From contig JBMFSH010000018.1 in NCBI GenBank assembly GCA_049967655.1, forward strand, positions 1 through 54,402: a stretch of 54,402 nucleotides of DNA, in the 5' to 3' direction. A model generated the notes under the pieces. It was not told the origin of the DNA. It saw nothing but the letters and a program-made list of their open reading frames with translations, and did no database searches. Position 1 is the stretch's first letter; each line of letters starts with the position of its first letter. Below are positions 47,506 through 54,402 of this stretch, piece after piece. The position numbers were made by a program, and so were the translations under genes. This stretch comes from Acidobacteriota bacterium. GTDB lineage: Bacteria; Acidobacteriota; UBA4820; DSQY01.

Positions 47506-49611
47506 TCAGCCCTGGCCCTTGGCGGCCGCCGTCAGCTCCTGGACGACGCGGTCGGCGCCGTAGAGCTTGGTGAGCGCTTCCATGATAGCGGGGGTGTCCA
47601 CCGCCACGCAGCGGGCCACCTTCTCGGAGTAGACGAAGGTGTTGGGGTTGCTCTGCGGGTTGCCGTCGAAGACGAGGCCCACGAGCTTGCCCTCCTTGTC
47701 CACGATGGGGCTCCCCGAGTTACCGCCCGTGATGTCGGCGGTGCAGACGAAGTCCATGGGGGTCTTGAGGTCGAGCTGGTCTTGCTTGGTCTCCTCCATC
47801 TTGCTCAGCTGGAAGTCCCCCTTGTTGTCGAAGGAGTAGGCGCGGTCATAGAGGCCGTAGAAGGTGGTCTTGTAGGGCACCTCGCTGGTGTCGAAGGGAT
47901 AGCCCTTGACGGTGCCGAAGGCAAGGCGGAGGGTGCCCGTGGCATCGGGGTAGACCTTGTCGCCGTAGACCGCGAACTGGGCCTTGGCGATCTCCGTGAG
48001 GGCCGGCTCCACCACCGCCTCCACGTTGTCCTTGATTGCCTTGTGGACGCGCCGGAGGGTCGGGTCCATGAGGCGGACGAAGGCGATGAGCGGGTCCTTG
48101 CAGCTCTTCACGGCGGCCCCATCGTTCTTGAGGAGGGAGGCGCGGTAGGCGGCGTCGCCCAGGCGCGTGCCCTGGACGGCCTCGGCGGCCCGCTGCTCGG
48201 GGGTCTTGCCCTGAAGGAGAGACTTCACGAAGGGGTTCTCGGGGCCGAGCTGGTCCCTCAGGGTGGTCAGCTCGTAGGCCATGACGGCCTGGCTCATCCC
48301 CTTGTAGTAGGGCCGCGGCGCCTCGATGCGCCTCAGGAGTCCCGGAAGCTGGGAGTCGTGGTAGCCCTCCAGCCGCTCGCCGTCCGGTTTCTTGACCTCC
48401 TCGGCGTAGCGCAGGATGCTCAGGGCCGTGCCGGTCAGGCCGTAGCCGTCGAAAATCTGGCCCTCGTAGGTGATCTCCTTGAAGTGGGCGCGCTCCCAGG
48501 CCACCGCCTTCTCGATCTGTTTCCAGGCGTCGGCGTAATGCTGGAGCTTCGGGTCTTTCTCCACCGCCGCGCGCAGGGCCTTCTCCTGGCTGGCCTTCTC
48601 GGCCATCAGCTCGGGGTCCTTGAGCCCGTCGTACTCGCCCGTGAGGGCCTTGATGGAGTTGTGGATGAAGAAGAGCATGGACTGCGCTTCCTGCGCCTGC
48701 TCGGGCCCCTTCTTGCCGTAAGCCGTGAGGGCCGCGTCCAGGCCCGCGAGCTCAGAGAGCATGGCGGGGTAGCTGTCGTCCCGGAAGTAGGCGAGCTGGG
48801 CGAGGGTGTCCAGTCGGTCCGTGCGGCCGGGGTGGCCCGAGACGAAGATGGGCATGCCATCGGTCACGCCGGCGGGGTCGAACTGGAGGTAGTCGGGCGT
48901 GTGGGCCGGCTTGCCGTTCTCGTACACGCGGAGGAAGCTGAAGTCGATGTCGTAGCGCGGATAGTAGAAGTTGTCCGCGTCGCCGCCGAAGTAGGCCGCC
49001 TTCTCCTCGGGCGCCATCACCACACGTACGTCCGTGTACTCCTTGTAGCGGTAGAGCATGTAGCGCGCCCCGCCGTAGAGGGTGACCACCTTGCCGTGGA
49101 GGCCGGTTTTCGCGAGGCACTCCTTCTGGATCCGGGCCATCTCGGCGTCGCGCGCCTGCTGGGCCTGGGCGGGCGTGGCGCCCGGTTTGACGGCCCCGTC
49201 CACCTCGGGCGTGACGTCCTGCATGGACACGAGCACCTCGATCATGGCGCCGGGGACCTTCATCTCGTCAGCCAGGGTCTTGGCGTAGAAGCCGTTTTCC
49301 ACGTAGTTGTGCTCCGGCGTAGAGAGCTGCTGGAGGTACATGCGGGCCACGTGGTGGTTGGTGAGGATCAGCCCGTCGGGCGACACGAAGGAGCCGCTGC
49401 CTCCGCCGATGCCGGTAGAGGAGAGGCGGAGGTGGTCCAGCCACGCCTGGGTCGGCGTGAAGCCGAACCGCTTCTGGATGAGCTGGACGGGGGGATGTTC
49501 GTAGGTCCACATTCCTTCATCGGCCCTGATCGCCGTGGAGAGGGCGAGCCCCGACGCGGCGGCCAGCGCCAGGGTAGTAAGGGTTCTCAGGAGAGTCCTC
49601 GGGTGGGTCAT
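47506..49611 (-). CDS. S46 family dipeptidyl peptidase (DPP7-like)
   Basis: Signal peptide then ADEGMW; LTNHHV; DFSFLRVY; PDATGTLRL; DITGGNSGSP; GLVFDGN. Confidence 0.95.
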   Translation of the reverse strand: MTHPRTLLRTLTTLALAAASGLALSTAIRADEGMWTYEHPPVQLIQKRFGFTPTQAWLDHLRLSSTGIGGGSGSFVSPDGLILTNHHVARMYLQQLSTPEHNYVENGFYAKTLADEMKVPGAMIEVLVSMQDVTPEVDGAVKPGATPAQAQQARDAEMARIQKECLAKTGLHGKVVTLYGGARYMLYRYKEYTDVRVVMAPEEKAAYFGGDADNFYYPRYDIDFSFLRVYENGKPAHTPDYLQFDPAGVTDGMPIFVSGHPGRTDRLDTLAQLAYFRDDSYPAMLSELAGLDAALTAYGKKGPEQAQEAQSMLFFIHNSIKALTGEYDGLKDPELMAEKASQEKALRAAVEKDPKLQHYADAWKQIEKAVAWERAHFKEITYEGQIFDGYGLTGTALSILRYAEEVKKPDGERLEGYHDSQLPGLLRRIEAPRPYYKGMSQAVMAYELTTLRDQLGPENPFVKSLLQGKTPEQRAAEAVQGTRLGDAAYRASLLKNDGAAVKSCKDPLIAFVRLMDPTLRRVHKAIKDNVEAVVEPALTEIAKAQFAVYGDKVYPDATGTLRLAFGTVKGYPFDTSEVPYKTTFYGLYDRAYSFDNKGDFQLSKMEETKQDQLDLKTPMDFVCTADITGGNSGSPIVDKEGKLVGLVFDGNPQSNPNTFVYSEKVARCVAVDTPAIMEALTKLYGADRVVQELTAAAKGQG

Positions 49612-49776
49612 AGTGCCTCCTCTTCGTCAGAACGCCACATCACCAGGGAGCCAAGATACCCCGTGACGCTTCGTTTCACCAGCCCCCGGCCGTCTCGGTC
49701 TTCCTGTGGCCTTGGCCCGCCTTTCAGGGACTGCGATGAAAGGAAAGATCGTCTGGTCTGCTCGCGAGCCTCTCCA

Positions 49777-50235
49777 CTAAAGTGCGGAGCTCTTGAGCGC
49801 GTCTTTGATGAGCTGGTCCAACTCGTGGAGAAAGCGAGAGCGGTCCTTGGGAGAAAAGGGAGCGGGACCGCCGGTGACGGTGCCCATTTCGCGGAGGTAG
49901 GAGAGGAGTTCGCGGCTGGCCATGGCCTCCCCGATGGAGTCCTGCGTGAAAACCTTGCCGGTTGGGGTCAGCGCCCGCAGACCCTTCTTGAGACAGCGGT
50001 CCGCCAGCGGGATGTCGGCCGTCACCACGATGTCGCCGGCCGACGCGTGCTCCACGATCCAGTCGTCGGCCGCATCGAATCCGCCGTGTACCACCACGAG
50101 CCGGATCCACGCCTCGTCCGGCACCTGCATCCGGGAGTTCGACACCAGCGTCACCTCCAGGCCGTGCCGTCCCGCCACGCGGTAGATCTCCTTTTTCACC
50201 GGGCATCCGTCCGCGTCCACAAAGACTTCAGGCAT
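49777..50235 (-). CDS. YaiI/YqxD (DUF188) family protein
   Basis: FVDADGCPVK, FDAADDWI, DIVVTADIPLA, GGPAPF..KDRSRF. Confidence 0.93.
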   Translation of the reverse strand: MPEVFVDADGCPVKKEIYRVAGRHGLEVTLVSNSRMQVPDEAWIRLVVVHGGFDAADDWIVEHASAGDIVVTADIPLADRCLKKGLRALTPTGKVFTQDSIGEAMASRELLSYLREMGTVTGGPAPFSPKDRSRFLHELDQLIKDALKSSAL

Positions 50236-50624
50236 CCAGCTCCCCCGTGAGCCTCCCTCCCAGGTAGGGGAAGGAGGCGCCGCCATCCTACCACTCGGAG
50301 GCCCGTGAGCGCCTGCGGGGGTGAGGATCCAGACCTCGGCTGATACGGCGCCGGGAGAACATTCTGCCCCGAAAGGCTCCTCCAAGATCGCGCCGCCGTT
50401 CCTTTCAGGTAAATCCTCCGCGTTGCCAGGCGGGCCGTTTCGTGCTCTACTACGGCCGTCGGCTACGGGAAGCCCGGTGCTTCGCCGCGGTGCGAAGAGC
50501 TTTTCGAATCGGGTATCCCGGGGAACGGCCTGCCCGCCGATCCCCACCGGCCCCCGATCCAATCGGTTCTCCAGACCTTGGGGTTCCGAACCGCCCGCAG
50601 CTCGACCCTGCTGGAGTGAATACC

Positions 50625-51737
50625 ATGAAACCAGCGCCCCTTCGCATTGGCCCATACACCGCCCAGCTCCCCGTCGTGCAGGGAGGCATGGGCGTGCGCA
50701 TCTCCCTCTCCGGTCTGGCTTCCGCCGTCGCCAACGAGGGCGGAGTGGGGGTCATCGCCACCGCCGGAATCGGCATGGAAGAGCCGGACTACTTCGCGAA
50801 CTTCCTGGAGGCGAACCGCCGAGCCCTGCGGGCCGAGATCAGGAAGGCTCGCGAGGCCACCAAGGGGCTCCTAGGAGTGAACATCCTCGTGCCCCTTTCG
50901 AACTACGCCGACATGGCGAGGACGGCCATCGAGGAGAAGGTGGAGTTCATCTTCTCGGGGGCGGCGCTGCCGCTGAATCTGCCCTCCTTCCTGGAGGGCT
51001 CGACGACCACCAAGCTGGTGCCCATCGTCTCCTCCGCGCGGGCCGCGCGGATCGTCGTCCGGAAGTGGCTCGACAAGTACCGCTACCGCCCCGACGCCCT
51101 GGTGGTGGAAGGGCCGAAAGCCGGCGGCCACCTGGGATTCAAGGAAGAGCAGCTGGAAGACCCTGCCTTCGCCCTCGAAGCCCTGCTCGAACCGGTCCTT
51201 AAGGAGGCGGAGGCGGCGGGCAAGGAGGATGGCCGGTCCGTCCCCGTCATCGCCGCCGGCGGCATCTATACCGGTGAGGACCTCTACGGCGCCATGGCCG
51301 CGGGAGCCTCCGGCGTCCAGATGGCCACCCGCTTCGTGACCACCGAGGAGTGCGACGCGGCGGCCGGTTTCAAGCAGACTTACATCGACGCCGGCCCCGC
51401 GGATATGGTGATCATCAAGAGCCCCGTGGGCCTTCCGGGCCGGGCGATCCGCAACGGCTTCCTCGACGAGGTGGCGGCGGGAAAGCGGATGCCCTTCAAG
51501 TGCCCCTACCACTGCCTCGTGAGTTGCGATTACCAGAAGAGCCCCTACTGCATCGCTCTCGCCCTCATGAACGCCGTGAGGGACCGAATGAAGTTGGGCT
51601 TCGCCTTCGCCGGATCGAACGCCTACAGGGCGGAGAGGATCTCCACCGTGAAGGAGGTGGTCACCTCGCTCCTCGACGGATACGCCCGGGCCTTCTCCGC
51701 CGCCAGCCGAAGCCTCACGCCTTCCCCCTCTCTCTGA
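50625..51737 (+). CDS. Nitronate monooxygenase/FabK-family flavoprotein with C-terminal 4-Cys motif (FabX-like)
   Basis: VVQGGMGV, VVEGPKAGGHLG, IAAGGI, GVQMATRF, SPVGLPGRAI, CPYHCLVSC-x7-C. Confidence 0.9.
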   Translation: MKPAPLRIGPYTAQLPVVQGGMGVRISLSGLASAVANEGGVGVIATAGIGMEEPDYFANFLEANRRALRAEIRKAREATKGLLGVNILVPLSNYADMARTAIEEKVEFIFSGAALPLNLPSFLEGSTTTKLVPIVSSARAARIVVRKWLDKYRYRPDALVVEGPKAGGHLGFKEEQLEDPAFALEALLEPVLKEAEAAGKEDGRSVPVIAAGGIYTGEDLYGAMAAGASGVQMATRFVTTEECDAAAGFKQTYIDAGPADMVIIKSPVGLPGRAIRNGFLDEVAAGKRMPFKCPYHCLVSCDYQKSPYCIALALMNAVRDRMKLGFAFAGSNAYRAERISTVKEVVTSLLDGYARAFSAASRSLTPSPSL

Positions 51738-51868
51738 TCCGTGGACCGCGCCCGTCCGGCGGCATCGAACCGCTCACCAGCGATACCCTGGCACCGCAGG
51801 CCTGCGGCGGATTTCCCGATCCCATTCGGTGCCGCGAACCCGAGCGAGGCGATCTCGCGCACGCCCGA

Positions 51869-51897
51869 TTGCCACGGGACGGGGAGCGACCTATACT
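51869..51897 (+). promoter_or_regulatory. Sigma-70 promoter of the OmpA-family gene
   Basis: TTGCCA-17 nt-TATACT, 74 nt before the ATG. Confidence 0.7.
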
Positions 51898-51971
51898 GAA
51901 AGTCATTCATCTGGGTCCATCGTGAGCCGGGGGAGGCTCTCAACCGAAGTCCGTTTCAGGGAGGGAAGACC

Positions 51972-52817
51972 ATGAAGAAGCCGTTGATCGTGCTCGTGGG
52001 TGTGGCGTGTCTGGCTCTGTCGTGGGGGACGGCGGCCCTTCAGAAGGACGCCACCGGGTGCAAGGACCATCCGCTCTTCACGCGGATGCCCACCTACTGG
52101 ATCCACCACTGCGACGAGAGGCAGTTCGACGCGCACGATTTCGTCGTCGGGAAGGACAAGAAGGGGTTCATGACGCAGCGCGTGGAAGGGCATCTCTGGA
52201 AGATCACCTACTACCCCCAGGCCACCGCGACGCAGAAGCCGAGCGACCTCCAGATCATCCGGAACTACGAGAACGCCGTTCAGAAGATCGGCGGCACGGT
52301 GCTCTGGAGCGACAAGGGGAGGGCCACCTTCAAGATCATCAACGCGGGCAAGGAGTTCTGGGTGGACCTGGGGGCCGAGTTCACGGGCAAATACTCTCTG
52401 GCGATCATCCAGAAGGAGGGCATGGCCCAGGAGGTCCAGGCCAGCGCCGAGGTGTTCCGGAACGACATCCGCTCCACCGGCCACGCGGCCGTCTACGGCA
52501 TCCTCTTCGACACCGACAGCGCCGCCATCAAGCCCGAATCGGCCCAGGCCATCGGGGAGATCGCCAAGCTCCTCCAGGCAGACCCGGGGCTCAGGATCTT
52601 CGTCGTCGGGCACACGGACGGCACGGGTTCGGTTGACCACAACGTGCAGCTCTCGCTGGCCCGCGCCCAGTCGGTCAAGCAGACGCTGATAAGGGAGCAC
52701 GGCATCGCGGCGGACCGGCTCAAGGCCTTCGGCTGCGGGCCCTATGCCCCGGTGGCCTCCAACGCCAGTGAGGAGGGGCGGGCCAAGAACCGCCGCGTGG
52801 AGCTCGTCCAGCAGTAG
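51972..52817 (+). CDS. OmpA-family peptidoglycan-binding protein with periplasmic N-terminal domain
   Basis: Signal peptide; KDHPLFTRMP; GILFDTDSA.IK, VGHTD, N..LS.ARA, GRAKNRRVEL. Confidence 0.93.
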   Translation: MKKPLIVLVGVACLALSWGTAALQKDATGCKDHPLFTRMPTYWIHHCDERQFDAHDFVVGKDKKGFMTQRVEGHLWKITYYPQATATQKPSDLQIIRNYENAVQKIGGTVLWSDKGRATFKIINAGKEFWVDLGAEFTGKYSLAIIQKEGMAQEVQASAEVFRNDIRSTGHAAVYGILFDTDSAAIKPESAQAIGEIAKLLQADPGLRIFVVGHTDGTGSVDHNVQLSLARAQSVKQTLIREHGIAADRLKAFGCGPYAPVASNASEEGRAKNRRVELVQQ

Positions 52818-52869
52818 CCGGGTTTCGCGACGCCTGAGCCGCCAGGGGAAGGTGGGCGGGAGCCTCGCG

Positions 52870-53012
52870 GTAGCCGTGTCCGGGGCCGCCCGACGCCTCC
52901 CCTCGCGCGACCGGAGCGTGGACTTCGTCATCGCCACGCTTTCTTCCACCATCTGATGGACGAAGTGGCCGTCGCGACCCTTCGCGAGTTCGACCGGGTC
53001 GCGAGGCGCGGC
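52870..53012 (+). pseudogene. Remnant of a class I SAM-dependent methyltransferase
   Basis: Two frames joined at ~52940 give ARRLPSRDRSVDFVIATL/FFHHLMDEVAVATLREFDRVARRG; no N- or C-terminus. Confidence 0.6.
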
Positions 53013-53066
53013 CCTCCGGGTCGGGTAGGGAGGGCCGGATCGTGGGGCCCCGACGAAGGGCCGGGT

Positions 53067-53207
53067 TCAGCCTCGGACGAGCCTGGCGAAGGGGATGGCG
53101 ATGAGGTCCAGAACGACGTAGCTCGCGAAGATGGCCGCCAGCACCCACGAGTAGAGAGGCAGAGCGCCCCTCAGCCAGAGCACCCGCACTCCCTCGGTTC
53201 TCTCCAT
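53067..53207 (-). CDS. Possible small single-TM protein (46 aa)
   Basis: MERTEG...YSWVLAAIFASYVVLDLIAIPF hydrophobic segment; weak SD. Confidence 0.3.
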   Translation of the reverse strand: MERTEGVRVLWLRGALPLYSWVLAAIFASYVVLDLIAIPFARLVRG

Positions 53208-53479
53208 GAACGGCCTTCTTCCCGCTCGGGCGGTTTCGGCGATCAACGCTCTTCGTCGGACGTCCGGCCCCATTATAGACGGCCCCATCCCAGCGGGACG
53301 ATCCGCCCGGCGTGCCAGGAGTGGTTGATGGCGACACCGACGGTGCCGGCTACCGTTCATTCACCTCTCTCTCCCAACGGCGACTGTTTTCCGGAGGAGG
53401 AAGCAGGGATCGTGATACTCTATGATTCACGTCGTTCCTGGAGCCGCGCCCGAGCTCGCTCCAAGAGATGGGAGGTCCC

Positions 53480-53599
53480 ATGGGCAAGTCGAAAGAGACG
53501 AAGAAGGAAGCTAAGAAGAAACCCGCCAAGACCATGAAGCAGAAAAAGGCCGACAAGAAGGCCAAGAAAGAGGGCAAGGGGGGCATCACCCCCGCCTGA
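53480..53599 (+). CDS. 39-aa lysine-rich small protein (below the ORF-track cutoff)
   Basis: GGGAGG SD; MGKSKETKKEAKKKPAKTMKQKKADKKAKKEGKGGITPA*; mostly G/C-ending codons. Confidence 0.75.
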   Translation: MGKSKETKKEAKKKPAKTMKQKKADKKAKKEGKGGITPA

Positions 53600-53737
53600 G
53601 GGCCGGATCGTTCCGGCCATCCTCAGAAAAGCGGCGGCCCGGAGAGGGGTGCCCAGGTTTTGCTGTGCGCGGGCGGGCCTCTGAAGAGTGGGAGCCGGGG
53701 GGAAGTGTGGCGCAGAACCTGGCCCCCCTTCCCTCGG

Positions 53738-53793
53738 GACGCAAGACGCGGGACAGCGGACGGCAGACCACCGATGGCCGACAGCAAACGGCC
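53738..53793 (+). repeat. Degenerate heptamer array (GAC-NNNN)x8
   Basis: gacgcaa gacgcgg gacagcg gacggca gaccacc gatggcc gacagca aacggcc. Confidence 0.6.
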
Positions 53794-53822
53794 TACACTG
53801 GTAAATACGGGCAGAGCGGTGC

Positions 53823-53942
53823 CATCTCTACCTTTGGGTGCCCAACGCCCTTCTCGCAGAGGGGGTTCAAATACAAGACTAATATCGTTTGGTACAAGAT
53901 TCGTAAAGATGGCGGCCCCGATGGCCGTGGGGTTGGCTTCTA
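53823..53942 (+). pseudogene. Fragment of an MT-A70 family adenine methyltransferase, frameshifted and IS-truncated
   Basis: HLYLWVPNALLAEG, frameshift in G-run 53861-53865, then GFKYKTNIVWYKIRKDGGPDGRGVGFY ending at the IS boundary. Confidence 0.8.
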
Positions 53943-54402
53943 TACATAGCGTCCTAACTGACTGCGCATAATCGCCTCAGGCAATCATTGGGTCTTGCCC
54001 AGCGAGCGAGCTGTTCTACCACGGTCTCCACGAGGTCCTGAAGCTCCTGAAAGTACTGGTTGTGGGTGCAAAGGCGCCGGGTGAGTTTCCAGACCCGTTC
54101 GATCGGGTTCAGATCCGGGCTGTAGGGTGGCAGGAAGAGCAGGACCAGTGTGGTCTTGTGTCTTCGAAGCCACTCGCGGAGAAGTATGGCGTGATGGTAT
54201 CGCGCGTTATCAAGGACGAGGACGAGTTTGCATCCTCGCCTTGCGTGACGGACGACCGCCTTGAGGAAGTCGAGGAAGGCCAGCGCGTTGAAGACCGCGG
54301 CCTGGTGGGTCACCATGACGCCGTCCGGCGGCCGAACGGCCCCGAAGAGTGCGAGGCTCTTCCGGGTCGGGGCATGAAGGACGACGGGGTCTTTCACCTC
54401 CG
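53943..54402 (-). mobile_element. IS630-family insertion sequence, right portion (runs off the window)
   Basis: Transposase 3' end; element end TACATAGCGTCC next to a TA dinucleotide, the IS630 target. Confidence 0.85.
53954..54402 (-). CDS. IS630 transposase, DDE_3 domain (5' end outside the window)
   Basis: LVLDNARYH; FLPPYSPDLNPIERVW. Confidence 0.93.
   Translation of the reverse strand, partial: EVKDPVVLHAPTRKSLALFGAVRPPDGVMVTHQAAVFNALAFLDFLKAVVRHARRGCKLVLVLDNARYHHAILLREWLRRHKTTLVLLFLPPYSPDLNPIERVWKLTRRLCTHNQYFQELQDLVETVVEQLARWARPNDCLRRLCAVS

Noticed and set aside
47383..50250. Very long antisense or alternate-frame ORFs (also 1172-3079, 8214-10202, 24117-26081, 33681-35519)
   Set aside because: They shadow well-supported genes and have no motifs. 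Such ORFs are expected from GC-rich codon bias.
50455..50620. Cobalamin riboswitch (GGGAAGCCCGGTG)
   Set aside because: Only the short 5' motif matches. The GCAACUGU element and B12 box are missing, and the downstream gene is not B12-related.
1..54402. CRISPR array, tRNA, rRNA, integrase or prophage genes
   Set aside because: No regularly spaced 25-45-bp repeats, no cloverleaf or rRNA-like stretch, and no phage or cas motifs were seen by eye.

Overview
GC-rich, gene-dense window from a diderm bacterium (it encodes Omp85, OmpA and lipid A-modification genes). The lineage cannot be fixed from sequence alone. About 48 protein genes are supported. They include: an ABC-2 exporter pair; a ferredoxin/ABC-ATPase/patatin operon; a yhaM-tusA-GNAT-(MrfA/Hrq1 helicase + DEDD exonuclease fusion)-TIGR01777-omp85 run; an L-Ara4N (arn) cluster with split arnA and two arnT; ispG; ddl; three SDRs; LOG; a secreted S53 protease; a divergent ackA; an MFS; a tauE-DUF1634-CMP-kinase-like/BON operon behind a perfect sigma-54 promoter; pntAa-Ab-B; an S46 peptidase; a FabX-like flavoprotein; and OmpA. 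The right end is decaying, with two frameshifted methyltransferase remnants, a 39-aa Lys-rich ORF missed by the ORF track, and a partial IS630. I found no rRNA, tRNA or CRISPR. The main non-coding candidates are a ~90-nt anti-Shine-Dalgarno-rich small RNA (33342-33432, minus), a ~220-bp MITE-like element with a partial second copy, and a ~390-nt structured leader with an in-frame amber-terminated uORF. All family calls come from motif recognition, not database searches.
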